A DNA stretch of 64,000 nucleotides. Source: Paraspadella gotoi. Lineage: Eukaryota; Animalia; Chaetognatha. How positions within the stretch are numbered: the stretch's first letter is position 1; every line of letters starts with the position of its first letter. Positions 1 to 14,317 of the stretch are shown one piece after another. Made by a program: the position numbers and the translations under genes. The stretch is from assembly GCA_051294375.1 (NCBI GenBank), contig CM119266.1, positions 23,118,350 to 23,182,349 of the forward strand, read 5' to 3'. Below the pieces are notes generated by a model. That model was not told the DNA's origin, did no database searches, and saw only the letters and a program-made list of their open reading frames with translations.

Positions 1-1230
1 TGATTCGGGGAGCACTTTTGGGTGTCTTTAACCGTCGGCTGTATAGGACAGTTGGTCAATTTTTTAAATATGCCAATGAGTGAGACTCAGAGGAGTCAAA
101 GCGAGGAGGAATGTTTGAGTGCAATGTATGGTGAGAGCAAAAAATGGAGGTGTTGTTCTGATGATGATCCATCTTGATTATTTAATAGAACACACAGAGG
201 GAAGGAATTGTAATTACTTACGCTTTGAGTTTACTCACAATTAAGGTCAATATTCATTAGTTACTAAGACATTATGAGGAGAAATGGGACAGAGCTTTGG
301 GGTGAGTTTACAGGATCAGGGACAGGAATATGAGTGCGCTTAATGAGATGGAAAATTCTTATTATGTTAGGACTGCATGTGTGGCGACAGATTAATTTAA
401 TTTTTGGACTAGATACATTGGATCATGCATATTTGATTGTAGAGGTGATGGTGTATGTCAGTGTTGTGGTTTAGCAGACAAGAAGATGGATACTGTTAAT
501 GAGTGTGAAGTGGTAATTGATTGTGGGAAATTAGTGTGACTTTGTGAGATTGGATGGAAGGAGAGTTGACAAGACACGGAGATGGGACTAGGTTTATGGA
601 GAGGAGTTAAAGGTTAAACTAAGAATAAGTTAGGTTATATGTTAAGTCTATAGTAATGAAAATAGAGGGGAGAGATTGAGGAGCGCGTTGAAATAGCGTT
701 GGACAGTTATGGAATATGTTTTTTAAACACTTAAGCAAGGAATTAGAAGAGGAATATTGGGTTGCATTAAATGGGAGGTTAAGAGGTCGAGAAAATGTTT
801 TATTGGTGGGGGTATTTAGGTAGATAAACGGGGATGGTCAAATAGTGGGGTGGTAACTTGATTAAAAATGTTAGAGTTGGTTATTGGACTTTTATTTAGT
901 AACGTTTTTTTAATTGATTTAGATGAATAGATAGAGGGGTGATTGTGTTTAGAAGGGAAATATTGGTTGCAATTTAAATGGAGAGGTTAAGAGGTTTTGA
1001 GAAAAACTGTTTAATTGCGTGGGTATTTTAGTTAGATGAACGGGGATGGTCAAATAGAAATTGGGGTAACCTTGATGAAAATTGTTAGAGCTTGGTTATT
1101 GGCTTTATTTAGCTAAAGTTTTAAAATTTATTTAGCTAAAGTTTTAAAATTTGAATATTAGATTTGAATAAGTAAGGTATGTGTATTGTGTATTGTTTTG
1201 TAATTGTTATATATTTGATTAAAAAAAAAA
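1..1230 (-). mobile_element. Highly degraded retroelement remnant, possibly Penelope-like
   Basis: Composition resembles the other Penelope-like remnants here, with faint GIY-YIG-like peptide traces on the minus strand. Contains an indel-rich ~160-bp direct repeat (~745-900 vs ~950-1112). No intact ORF. Confidence 0.3.
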
Positions 1231-1723
1231 TAATAAATAAAAATAAATAAATAAATAAATAAAAAAACGCCATTTTAGCTCCTATGTTTTGACTATTTTA
1301 TTGGTCATTGTCTTAGTCATCTCGTTAAAAAAGAAAATATTTTAAAATTAATAGAATCAGTCTTTTTTACACTAATTAAACATAATTAAATATTTAACTA
1401 ATTAAATTGGCCTTTGCCACAAACATGACTTTTAACATAACCTTTAAACTTAACATTATCTTAAAATTAAATTAACTTAACCTTAATTTAAACTTTACCT
1501 TGTGTCCAATGCTTATGTTGGGTAATGTTAAGTATGTTTAATCTTTAGTCTTACATCGATAATGCATTTACGTCATTTTTACGTCTTTTTAAGAAATTCG
1601 GATACATACTATGTCATTTTCATTAAAAAAAAAAACTACGTTTCTTTTACGTCATTTTCGTCATTTATTCGGTCTATAATTCAGTAACTGTCATTGTGTC
1701 ATGCGTTGATGTCGTATATTCAT

Positions 1724-4700
1724 TGTTACGTAATAATGATCAATATATTAACGAGGAATTCCAGCTCTCTCTATATCTTTCCCAATGATCTTTTGTTCCC
1801 TTACTAACGCAAGGATGTTTTCGTTTCTGTGGCGATCAAAGCGCACCTGTAGTTTCCGTTGTGTATTAATAGATATACTTAAGTTACAAGTTTCCGAGGC
1901 AGTGCGTGCGGCGCTCTGATTGGTCATTAGTTGCCGCCGTTTCGATAAGATCTCAGTCTGATTTCTTCGACGTGTAGCTTCATAATTCACTTAGTCTCAC
2001 ACTTGCGTTTTGCTACTTTTTAATAAAGTTTCTACAATTCGCTATAGATATTTCGGAAACTTTTTTTATTAATAAGTTTTTGTAGACGTGGATTGGTGGA
2101 CTTCTTTGTGATAGAGGGCAACATCTTTACAATTCTGGCTTCAGAAACAAGTAAGAGAATTTCTCTTTAAAATTTTATATATTTACTGGAGTGTGTAGTT
2201 AAATTGTTTTGTTACTTTGTCCAGGATTTCTACTTTAGCTTAGAGAAGATCTGGATTTCGCAATCGACTGATCGTCACCTTGTCGTCGACTCATCTTTGC
2301 GAGACTTTGCGTCAGCATTTCTTGAGTAGTGGAACCGGTGCATACGTCTCTTCTGCGCCATCTTTCTCGAGATTCCATTACTTTTTGATTAGCGCAGAAT
2401 TAGTTCAGGAAGTTATGCGAATCAACGAATAGCACTCTACGACTTCAGTTCGTTTAACATTAGCGTTTTCTTGCGCCAGACAAGACGGGAAGAACAAAAC
2501 CTCTCTCGGGAGCGGGTGTTGCCACACCCACTGCAAGAAACATTTTATTCCCGTCCATTTTTTTGTATTTATTTCTGTTTGTATTTTGTATTTAGCTCAA
2601 GAGTAGGATGGCGCAATTTAGAGTAGGTAGAATAATATAAATTATCTCTCTTTGATCGGTTATATTATTCGTAGTTTGACCCTAAACGTTTTTCGCTTTT
2701 TTTAGAATTTTTCTGCATTCGACTTTCGAATGTCTCTAGACGGACGGTAGGCTTCGTGAGCCACGCTAAATATTACGGTTTTTTAGGCATTTCGAAGTGA
2801 CGGGTCTTCTTCTATCCAGACTGTCTCCCTGCGCGCGCTCGGGGGCGACTCTTCCTTTACGTATGCGATTCGCACAGAGTTGGTTGGGATGGAAAGTCGC
2901 GGGAAACTTCGAAATTTTTATCTATTCGTAACGATAAGTTGTTTTGTTGACTTCGCTTATCTCGGCGGCGAACACTTTCCGAACACCCTTATTTACTTCC
3001 TGATCGACGTTTTACGACAGCGGTTATTTGTGGAACTAATCGTTTCGTTCATTTGGTCTATTGTACGCCCACTTTTTTTGTATTTTTCTTACTTTATGGT
3101 TAGTTGCAGGGTGCTGGGTAGGGACAGCGACGAGGGTTTATCATGTATTGCTTTTCTTTACTTTTGGCAGGGTTCGAGGGTTCTCGCGCCCATCCAGTAG
3201 TCTTTTTGTTAGCCTTGCCGAATACTTATCTCGTTGCTTCGGCTTCGGATGCTTAAAGTAAGGTTAAACAATAAAGTAACTTCTTCAGCGTTTCCCTTAA
3301 GTTGATTACGTTTTAAAGTTATAGATTATTAGGTTTTCGTTTTTCGTTAGTATTTTGACAGGAATTGAATGATTTGTTTAGCGTCTTAGTCTATATTTTT
3401 ATTTGCCAACCTACTACGACATAGTAGATAAGGAACTCTAATTATTTTTTGCTTTCAGATGTTTCAGGTTTTCATTTCGAATGGTTTATTTACAAGATTC
3501 CAACGGCAGAAGATTAGTACAATTCGAATTGTTTCAATTTACTATTTTTCCCGTAGGAGTAAGTCTAAGCGTTTTTTGTGTCGTGTACGGTTGTGGTCTC
3601 TAATATTTTTTGGTTAAGGTCGATTATACGCAGTCTTCAAGATCTCGGGTCTTACGTATCGGGGTCCTCATCGAGACGTAGGGGAGTTTGAGATCTGTGA
3701 CATGACTGAGATTGTGACGTTTCTCTGATGCGGCCACCTGCGTGGTAAGGAAATTTGAATTTTGAGATTGTTGTTTTCGCTTCAGGTTGTTCGTGACCAT
3801 GAAGGCACTTTTTGCCTCGCATGTATCGATTGAAGTTTGAAGGTTGATTTCGTTTAGCCGGTCGCAAATTAACCTCGAAATTATTCGTTCTGCGGGGGCA
3901 GAGGTTGCATTTCGGTAAGCGTGTATATCGCTTTACAAGATCGACAACTTTATCATTTCTTTACCTTTTCGGTTCTTTTGATTCGTTTCGGCGGTTCCGT
4001 ATTGTCCTAACAATTCGGGCTTCCATTAATATCACGCTTCTTTCTTTAGTTGGCTACTTTCGGAGGTCGCGGGGTAACATATGTCGGGCACGGAGATCGG
4101 CCACCGGGGTCAGTTAATAACCGGTCTTCGCGCTTCGACTAAGAAATTTCAAACGGATAACAAGATTTGATAGTACATTTTTGATTATGCCCGAAGCTAG
4201 TTCGAAATCTAATGTTTTGTCAGTTAGTGTTAGTTGATAATTTAGCTCTGTCCCCTGGTGATGTCAATTTATTTCTTGGTCTTTTATTGTGTCTTTTCAG
4301 TTAAGCGGGCAAACGTTCTTAGGTTAAGACTTGAAGTCCCAGTTTTTAAGTGTTTTGTATTTTGACGGTTTGTTACGGGGTGTACTAACACACGCCGTAC
4401 AAGTTAGGATTACCTTTTTTTATTTTCGCAGTTCAGGTTCGTCGTTTCAGGTTAACGTTACACAGCGCCTTGCAACTAGCGGAGCTGATGAGCGATATTT
4501 TCGGCTTGTAGACTGACCCGTTCGTACAGTCGAACTTCGAAACCATTTAATTTGGACCAAGATTTACGAAATTAGATTTTTACGGACTTATGTATATATT
4601 GCGCATCATTTACAATTTTGAATCTTTTATTTCGATGTCTTTGTACTCAATTGTCTCGTCTTTCAACATCGTAACTTGAAGTACAACACGTGTGGAAGGG

Positions 4701-5009
4701 GTTAGCGCCGTCGTATTGCCTGTCCCCGTCTGTTCGTACTGCCGGTTTTTGGAAGTCGGTTCTGTTTTGATGGTTCGCAAGATGGTTTTGTTTTGGCTCG
4801 GTCGAGCATCTTTAGTTCTTCTATTCCATCCCTCTTTTCGGAATATTATTTTGATCTTTATTACTGGAATGCTCGTGGCCTATCCGGATTGCTTGAATAC
4901 CTGGGATTACGGGGTGGTTACGTGAATAATGATTCATATTTACGAGAAATTTCATGACTTTCTCATTTTTCCCCGAACTAGTTATTACTCCTGTTTCGTT
5001 ATCTCTCTT
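1724..5009 (+). mobile_element. Degenerate retroelement running into the gap (LINE-like; LTR type not excluded)
   Basis: GC/CpG-richer than the flanks. YWNARGL (4862-4882) matches the N-terminal motif of LINE APE endonucleases, and Cys/His traces around 3580-3850 may be zinc knuckles. Many frameshifts. Confidence 0.4.
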
Positions 5010-5109
5010 NNNNNNNNNNNNNNNNNNNNNNNNNNNNNNNNNNNNNNNNNNNNNNNNNNNNNNNNNNNNNNNNNNNNNNNNNNNNNNNNNNNNNNNNNNN
5101 NNNNNNNNN
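5010..5109. other. Assembly gap
   Basis: 100 N. Confidence 1.
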
Positions 5110-5753
5110 TCAGGCCTCTATAATGTTTTAGGGATGCTTCTTGTACGTAGTCGTTCGTCGTCGTCGTCGTCGTCGTCGCGTCCCGTCACGCTGTTTTCAA
5201 TATATAAAAGTTTGAGCAAACAATGTCGGATCTGCCTACGATAATAATTTAATAATTGATTAATTAATTAATTAATAGATTTAATTAATTAATTATAGAT
5301 TAATTAATTAATTAATAATAGATTAATTATAATTATATTCAGCTTGTCGATCATCGAATGTCCTTAAAATTGAGTCAGGACAGAAATTATTAAATGTTTT
5401 GTTTAATTTTATCAAAACAAACAAATATCCTCTATTATCGAGCCAGGCGGCAAAAGCCCGTCCTGTCTAGATTGTTTTTTCGGTTTAGCTTTACCGGTCT
5501 CGCTTTTTTGCAATCATGCGCTTCTGAAAGTGTGAGATCATAGGGAGTTTTGAATTTCATATATGGCTGTCTAATCATCAAGATCTTTAAAATTCTCACT
5601 GTTCATATCAATTGCGTATTTGTTATGTTTTATTACAAAACAAAAACGTTTTAATTATCTGTCCGCCTCCTCTCTCTCTCTTTCTCTCTTTTCTCCGTCA
5701 CTGCTTCTTCTAAAAACGAGTTCCGCTCTGCCAGCGTCCTGTCAGCTCTTTCT

Positions 5754-5793
<40 letters not shown>

Positions 5794-8776
5794 AAAAAAT
5801 TTTTTAGATATAAGTGGCGCTTCACTAATGTAAAAAAACGATGCCGCGAACAGGCGCGAACCGGGTTCCTTTGGCGTAAAGAATAGCACGCTACGTGCGG
5901 CCCATAAGTACTTGCTAAATAACTCTTGAACGAGTAAAGGGGCTGTAGAGGCTTCTCTCTCTCTCTCTCTTTAATTCAATATATCGCGTCTTTTTCCCTT
6001 TTTTTTCTCTGCAAGCGGCTGTCCTCTCTCTCTTTTTTCTCTCTCGCTCTCTGTCTCTCTGGTCTCTCTGTGCTGTTGTCTGTCCCTATCTGCTTCCGAT
6101 CTTTTGCGTTGATCGTTTGTTTTTGAAAAATTTCTGATTATTTTTTTCCTTCATAAAAACTTTTATTGATTGCCATTTATTCCGCGCTTTTTTTTCAATT
6201 ACAAAATCCCATATTTCATCCGAGATTTTCGTGGATTATCTACATATCATTTCTTTCTCATCTCATCTCTCTCTCATCTACAATTTCTCATCATCATCTC
6301 TCTATTCTTTAACTCTCTCTCTCTTTCTCTCTCTCGCTCTCTCTTTCACTCATACACGCCATTTGTTTGTTTTATTGACTATCATCGCATATCAATGATG
6401 ACATCATCGCATCAATGTAATGACAATCATCGCCATCACTGAGATGGACTATCATCACGAGCAGTGAATTGAACTATTCATCGCATCAATAAGTTGATTA
6501 TCATCGATATCAATTGAATCAATTCCTATTACATCAATAAATTCACTATTACATCAATCACATTAGGTATTTACCTCAATCAATTACTAGTACATCACAA
6601 TTTCGTTAATCGCATGATTCATTCGTTTTTTTTCCCGGTTTTTTCAATTAATTGCTGGCTCGATCTGATCTTTTAAGATTTTTTTATTTTATGTCTCCTT
6701 CTCTCTCTCTCTCTCTCACTCTCTCTCTTTCTCTCCACTCTCTCTCGCTCTCACTCTCTCTTTCTCTCTCTTCTCTCCTCTTTTTTATGCAATAGCGACG
6801 ATCCTTATTGCTTTTAAGATTTTTTTAAACTTGCCATCATTTTTCAACTTGCATAATTTGTTTCAAACTGCATTCCGTTCAAAACCTTTAATCTAGCTTC
6901 TTCACTCACTTTCCTACCGGCTCACAAAATTTCATCTCAATCTATCATGGGTTTAAAATAAATAAAAAGATCAAGTAAATGTGACTCATATTGTTGTTCA
7001 TTTTAAACTAATGTCCACTGGTTACGTTTCGCACTGAAAGCTTTATATCAAGCTTCGTCATTACGTTTTCCTACCCACCACACAAAATTTCAACTCAATC
7101 TAATCCATCCATATTATGATTAATTGAGTATTTATTGGTTTAAAATAAGTAAAAAGATTTTAGTAAATTCGACTTATGTTGTTTTCCATTTTAAACTAAT
7201 TTCACTCACACGATTCCATCGAAGATTTTATATCCAGCTTTATCACACACTTTTCCTACCCACACACAAAATTTAATTCCAATCCAACCAAGCCCAATCA
7301 CGAGTTATTGAGCTTTTTGCTAAATGCGGACGGATGGACGGATTGATTTGACTAATTAATTTAATTATTGATTACAATTTTATTTTACTAATTGATTAAT
7401 AACTGATTAATTATTTTATTTATTATACATCCTGTCAGATACATTTAATATTATTAAAGGCGAAAAAGAAGCATAATCAATTAGTAAAACAGGTTTTTTT
7501 GTTTTTTTTCCATTTTAAACTCATTTCCACTCCAAACTTATTCCATCGAACTTGATTTCCTGTGCAATTCACACACTTTCCTACCCAATACAAAATTCCA
7601 GGTCAAATCAGCCCATCCACTCATGGCAATTTGGTGTTCACAAATAGTGAATTATGTTTTTTTGTTTTTTTCCATTTTAAACTCATTTCACTCCGGACAA
7701 TTCCATCGAAACTTAATATCCAGCTCAACACACACTTACCTATCCACACACAAAATTTGCATTTAAATCCATCCAATCCAATCACGCAGTAATTGGTGTT
7801 TTTGCTAAGTGGACGGTTACGGTACGTGCGGCACGGTACGGCACGTACGCGACGGACTTGAGAAGACATGCACTTCCGAGTGACCGGGAGGAAGGGAAAA
7901 AGGAGGAAAGGGAGGAAGGAGGAAGAGAGGAAAGGAGAAAGAGGGAGGAGAGGGAAGGTGCGAGGGAGCCGGAGACAGGGGAGCAGACCGAGAGCGACCT
8001 CATTAGTGTTAATATGCATGAGAGATGGTGGTATCCATGAATTTCCGAATGTTACTTCTTCCTCTCTTCTGACCCGGCTTCGCCGGTCAAGGCTCGATAA
8101 AAATAGATTTCTGTCCGTCTGTCCGTCCGTCCTCCTTTAGCTTTGATTAAAATTTTGATTGACTTAAAATTTTGTGTGTGGGTGAGTAAATGTGTGATTG
8201 AGTTGGAATTAAAGTTTTGATGGAATCGTCCGAGTGGAAATGAATTTAAATGAAAAAAACAAAAAATAGGTTTCACTATTTGATTATGTTTTTTTCTTTT
8301 TATATAAACTGCAACAACTCTAAATAATTAAAAAATTAAATATTTAATTAATGAATTAATTATTTGTTATTTAATTATTTAATCATTTATTAATTAATTT
8401 TAACGGCGGAGGGAAAGGAGAATGGAAGAGTGAGAAAAAGGAAAGAGAGAGATATTAACTAAATACACTAAATTTTGATTCAAAACGACATATTTTGTTG
8501 TTGAATCGAAATATTTTCTCATCTAATTATCACACACAACAAATATAGAGAAACAATACAATGTTAAGACAATGTTAATAAGTTAATTGATTGGCTGCCT
8601 ATCGCCTAATGACCGTGAGCAGATCCGGCATTGTTTGCTCAAACGAGTTTTTATAATAAGTTGTAACAATGTGCCAAACAATTGGTTGTTACCTTGCTTT
8701 AAGTCGTTGTTACATACATTATAACGTTTAGTAATTTTTAAAACATTAATAATTTTGATTCTTATGTTTTATTTAG

Positions 8777-8914
8777 GCTCTAAACTTAATTCCAAAGGCT
8801 TTTTTTACATTAGAAAAGGAGAAGTTTACGTCATATGTTTTAATGGCACCATAGGGCATATGGCTCACCTTATAGAGGGTGATTACTTTGGAGAAACTAA
8901 CCTTCACAAAATTG
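8777..8914 (+). CDS. Exon of multi-repeat cyclic-nucleotide-gated (CNGK-like) channel: CNBD N-half
   Basis: tttag acceptor and gtaatc donor, phase 1->1. Translates SKLNSKGFFYIRKGEVYVICFNGTIGHMAHLIEGDYFGETNLHKI, matching the CNBD pattern Y-I-x-x-G-x-V ... G-x-Y-F-G-E. Confidence 0.88.
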
Positions 8915-9794
8915 GTAATCCACATTATAACTGAAAAAGCTATAACTCGTTTCATCTAATGAAAGTTCTTATTATAAAGTTTCAAAATGTTTTGACTTGT
9001 CCCATGAGCCAAATCAACAAATATAAAAGAAACTACTGACACGATTCACAGCAGAGATGTGGAAGCGATCGATTTTCCACCGCTGCAAATCCCCCGCTTC
9101 CCGAGACCCTTCCCGCTCCCGATTTCGAGTGCAATCCCTACTTTTTTTAGCCCGGATTGCTTTCGCTTTCGGGTGCACATCGCTTCCTTCCTTTAAAAAT
9201 TTTACACTTTGTTATTACATAGAAACAATACTTCTTAGATAATTTTAACACAATCTTTTTTTGTTTAAAAATAATAAGTAAAATTGTTTTAACTTCTTAA
9301 AATCTTTTACTATGTAATAGGGTGAAGTGAAAGTTTGGAATCAAAATTTAGCAGTTATATCTTGAAAACTATCATATTAGTGAATATTAATCTGTAGTTA
9401 TTTTCTTTTTTTACAAATATAGTAGCCCAGTCAGCTTATTTTGTATATAGTACTACCCTTATATAATGTGAAATACACGCATTTGTTTGTTTTATTGACT
9501 ATCATTGCATCAATGAATGACAATCATCGCATCAGTGAATGACTATCATCACAGCAGTGAATGACTATCATCGCATCAATAATTGATTATCATCGAATCA
9601 ATAATCAATTCCTATTACATCAATAAATTACTATTACATCAATCAATTAGTATTACCTCAATCAATTACTATTACATCAATAATTCGTTATCGCATGATT
9701 CATTCGTTTTTTTCCCTGGTTTTTTCATTAATTTTCTTTGATAGTGGGCTCTGGCTCGATCTTGAGTCTTTTAAGATTTTTTTATTTTATGTCT

Positions 9795-9833
<39 letters not shown>

Positions 9834-9870
9834 TCTCTTTCTTTCTCACTCTCTCTCTCTCTCTCACTCT

Positions 9871-9929
<59 letters not shown>

Positions 9930-10753
9930 ATGCAATAGCGACGATCCTTATGCTTTTAAGATTTTTTTAACTTGCATCATTTTTTCAACTTGCATCATTT
10001 TTTCAACTTGCATTCCGTCAAAACTTTATATCGAGCTTCTTCACTCACTTTCCTACCGGCTCACAAAATTTCATCTCAATCTATCATGGGTTAAAATAAA
10101 TAAAAAGATTCAAGTAAATGTGACTCATATTTTTTTCATTTAAACTCATTTCCACTGGTACGTTTCCACTGAAACTTTATATCAAGCTTCGTCACACATT
10201 TTCCTACCCACACACAAAATTTCAACTCAATCTATCCATCCAATTATGATTAATTAGAGTATTTATTGGTTAAAATAAGTAAAAAGATTTTAGTAAATTC
10301 GACTTATGTTTTTTCCATTTAAACTAATTTCCACTCACACGATTCCATCGAAACTTTATATCCAGCTTTATCACACACTTTCCTACTCACACACAAAATT
10401 TAATTCCAATCCAACCAGCCAATCACGAGGTATTGGAGCTTTTTGCTAAGATGGGACGGATGGACGGATTGATTGACTAATTAATTAATTATTGATTAAT
10501 TTATTTACTAATTGATTAATTAACTGATTAATTATTTGATTTATTAATACATCCTGCATATACATTTAATATAAAAGGAAAAAGAAGCATAATCAATTAG
10601 TAAAACAGGTTTTTTGTTTTTTCCATTTAAACTCATTTCCACTCAAACTATTCCATCGAAACTTGATTTCCTGTTCAATCACACACTTACCTATCCTCAC
10701 ACAAAATTTCATTTAAATCCATCCATCCATATTTGGTGTTTTTTGCTAAGGTG

Positions 10754-10832
10754 GGACGGAGGACGGACGGACGGACGGACGGACGGACGGACGGACGGAC
10801 GGACGGACGGACGGACGGACGGACGGACGGAC
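10754..10832. repeat. (GGAC)n microsatellite inside HINE
   Basis: Direct reading. Confidence 0.95.
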
Positions 10833-11040
10833 ATCATTTTTTTTGCATAATTTATCATAATTCGATGTTCTGACATGATATAAGTGTGTGCCCGACAATA
10901 TTGAGGGGGCGGACCGACGGACCGACAAAGTGAGTTATAGAGTCGGGATCTGCTGATAAGCAGATCCGACTAAAATTTTTTTTCTAAACTTTTTTTTAAG
11001 AACGGATTCAGATAGCGTTTTTTAATATTTTGATGATAAG

Positions 11041-12490
11041 TAGGGTTCCGTTAACCGTTAATTTTTCAGGAATTTTGCCTAACCGTTAAAACTAACATTT
11101 TTAACGGTTAACCGTTAAAATCGGTTAATTTTATAATTTAACTTTAAATTTAAAATATTATTATTTAAATCAAACTAAAGTATTTAATGGTATTTTATCT
11201 TTTACTCTTGCTCCTGAATCTTCTTTATCTTCTATTTTAGATAGATTAGGTACACATTTTAGTTGGTTAATGAAAAATAGGTTTTAGCAAACTATCTTGA
11301 ATCTACCTATGATAATTTAACTAATCAGATAATGCATACAAAACTTTTTCTTTTGCCTCATAGCATAATAAAAAATATACAAAAAGATAAAAAAAGAAAA
11401 AGCACAATGTAATTCTAATTCCATATTTTGTTTTCTTTCTCTTTCTGTCTCTCACTCTCTTTTTCTTTCGTTATTTCTCTTCATTATTTTTCGAGTTAGT
11501 TTCTTGAACGCTTGTTTTCTGTTTTTATTTTTTCATAAACCATGAACATAAATATAAATTATGAATATTAATTTATTGATTGAATGTTTAATTAATCGAT
11601 TGATCAAAAGATTTATTGATTATTGAATATTTTTTTCAGTTATATTAAAAAATATATCATGATTGAAGGATAGTTTTAGTTAGCCTTAATGTCCTTTTTA
11701 AGATTAGTTCCATCTATTATTATTTTTAAAATTTTTTATTACATTCATTTTTATTTGATTTTTCATTATTTTTTTATACATTTTGGTCTCATTTCATTTG
11801 CTTCTTTGTTCGTTTTAAAGAGTGAAATAAAAAATAGCAAAATAGAAAAATTTAAAAAATTATTCATTCATTTAATAAATAAGCTATTTTTATTATTATC
11901 TTCATTATTTCATATAAGAATTTAATTTGCAAGAAAATGTATATAACTATTTGCATGTGCATATATATTATATTTCAAAATAATCTTTGATGTAAATGCA
12001 TAAAATTAATTAAAAGGAAAAATGAAAAAAAATTGGGAGAAAAGTAAAAAAAAGTAAAAAACACTGGAAGGGCACAAAAAAAAAGGAAAAGGTAAAAGAA
12101 AATGAAGAAAAAAGGAGAGAAAAGAAAGGAGGGGAAAAGAAAAAAAGAAAAAGAAAGGTACAGAAGGAGATAAAGTGAGGGGAAGAAAGATTAAAAGAAA
12201 GATTAGGATAGAAAAAAGATGAAAAGGGTTGAAAATAACAAGGGAAAAAAATGGGAAAAAATTGAAAAGAGAGGTGAAAAATATGGTGAAAAAAAGAAGA
12301 GAAGAATAAGAGAGGACAGGAAAAAAATACTTTTCTTTTAAAAAATCTAAGATTTTATACCAAAAAAAAAAATCATATTTAAAAATTAACCGAATTTAAC
12401 CATTAAAATAAATATATTAACGGTTAGGTTAAAATTATTATTAATAACCGTTAACTGTTAACGGTTATCCAATAATGGAAAAACTCTTTA
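11041..12490. mobile_element. Non-autonomous DNA transposon (hAT-like TAGGG terminus)
   Basis: Begins TAGGGTTCCGTTAACCGTTAA with subterminal TTAACCG/CGGTTAA repeats at both ends. A second copy starts at 25116. Confidence 0.55.
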
Positions 12491-14132
12491 AAATCATCAT
12501 CATCATCATCGTACCATAATTTTTTTAGTTTTTGTTAATTTTAAGCAATAAAAAAAAAATTAGAAATCTTGTAGTAATATTTTTTATTTATTTTTTCAAT
12601 CTTTACCCGAATCCGTTTTTAAAAATTCTGATTTTGAAAAAAACATTTTTCATGAATTATAGTAATACTATAAACTTTAAATGCTTAAATGTTATTAACT
12701 ACATATAAAATCTTAAATTAATTTTAATTTCGTCATCCCACAGGGATGCTCTAACATTATTTATATTACAGAACTCTTAGTTTTTACTTTTTTCCGCCCT
12801 AATAAGTATGTATAATCTCAGTAAAAAAGTTAAAAAGGCATCGACTTGTTTCTTTTTTTATATTTTCCTTTTTATTATGCAATACTGCCAATAAGACAGA
12901 TCAATCATTTTTGCTCAAACTTGTATTTAACATGAAAAACCTTATGGATTTAAAAAAAAAGTAGATTTTTAAATGTGAAGAAAAACAAAAAATAATATAA
13001 GACATAACTTATTTAGTTCTATAGAACTAAAGAAGTTTAGTTTACATTTTAAAATTTAGTAGGGGAGAGTTAAACAATTAATCTTGTAACTCTGTTGGTT
13101 TTCCAGTCTTGAACAAAATCTTTAGTTAAATAGATGGTAAAGAAATTCGACCTACACTGAATCTACACTGAATCTACACTGAATTTAAAGAGTTGCAGCC
13201 TAAATGATTGCAATAATATTGATTTAAAAATTTGTGAAAATGTGATAGAAAGATATTTTGATAAACGTGTTCCAGTTAGAAAGAATTCAGGGTTAAAGTT
13301 TAAAAACGTTTCATTTTCAAGGATACAAGTTGAAATTTAAAAATGTCTCTCTATTACATTTTTATATTTCACTAATAAAAAATTCATAAAAAATATCAGA
13401 TGGATTGGCCTTTTCGTTTGACCTGCAATTCTTCAGATAGGTTTCTTTTATTTTATATTATAATTAAAAACGATATAAAATGGCGTAGAATGCATCAAAT
13501 GTTTTAAATGAATACATTTTTGGAATCGCCAGGAGCTCAGCTTTTTGAATCATTTTTGCCTATTTTCAAGTTGATTTGAATGACCCTTTTTCTTAAGCTT
13601 ATCTTAAATCGATTTTAAGCAATTTTTTTAAAACGTTTTTTAAAAGTCAATTAGTCTATCAAATGCTATAATATAATTTAGGTATTATTAATTTTTATTT
13701 TATATTAGTCGACTTGGCTCACAGGATATTTTAATCGGCCTTCTTTTCTAAAAGCACCCTATTTCGGCTTAAATTCAGAAATAAAATCGTTTTTAGTTTT
13801 AAAATTTAAGATAAGGGTTAGGAATAATTTTATGGATTTGGTTATAGTTTTGGTAATTGATTAGGGTTTGGGCTTTGGGTTTAAGGTTAGGAAAGTAAAA
13901 CTTTAAGGAAAGATATTATAGATAGAAATTAGGATTATGGATAAAGTTTAAGGAGTGGATGAAGCAATAAAAAGATAATACTTTATTAGGATTAATTAGT
14001 TAAGTTAAAAAATTATTTTTAAGGAATAGGAAAGAAAATTGAGCGCTTTCAGAAAATAGTGCCAACATAAAAAGGAAATTTGATTTTATAATTTTTATAT
14101 ATATTTTTAAACACTTGTATGTATTATTCAAG

Positions 14133-14317
14133 GTCTCAAGGGCGCTTCACATGTAACTAATTTACTTGTAATTGCTGCTTCTGACTGCGATATGCTTTTA
14201 TTAAAAAATGAAGATTATGCGGCTTGTTGCCGCTGTTTCCCAAAGGCAATAATTTCCAAACTTACCCAAAATTATAAAATGATCATGCGAGCCGAAAAAT
14301 TTCCGACAACAAGGAAG
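14133..14317 (+). CDS. Exon of CNGK-like channel: CNBD C-half
   Basis: ttcaag acceptor and gttaag donor, phase 1->0, in frame with the previous exon. GLKGASHVTNLLVIAASDCDMLLLKNEDYAACCRCFPK resembles the CNBD 'A..CDL..L...D....L..FP' segment. Confidence 0.85.

Larger units (their letters stand above)
5208..10975 (+). mobile_element. Cluster of Helentron-associated (HINE/DINE-1-like) pieces, interrupted by a host exon
   Basis: 5' end AAGTTTGAGCAAACAATGTCGGATCTGCC at 5208 and an inverted 5' end at ~8618-8645. 3' hairpin GTCGGGATCTGC-TGATAA-GCAGATCCGAC at 10942-10970, preceded by (GGAC)n. Segment ~6350-7800 is repeated at ~9475-10750. Confidence 0.7.

Noticed and set aside
1724-2131. 5' LTR (TGTTACG...TACA) with PBS TGGCTTCAG
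   Set aside because: No second copy in the window, and the downstream WNARGL motif points to a LINE; left unresolved.
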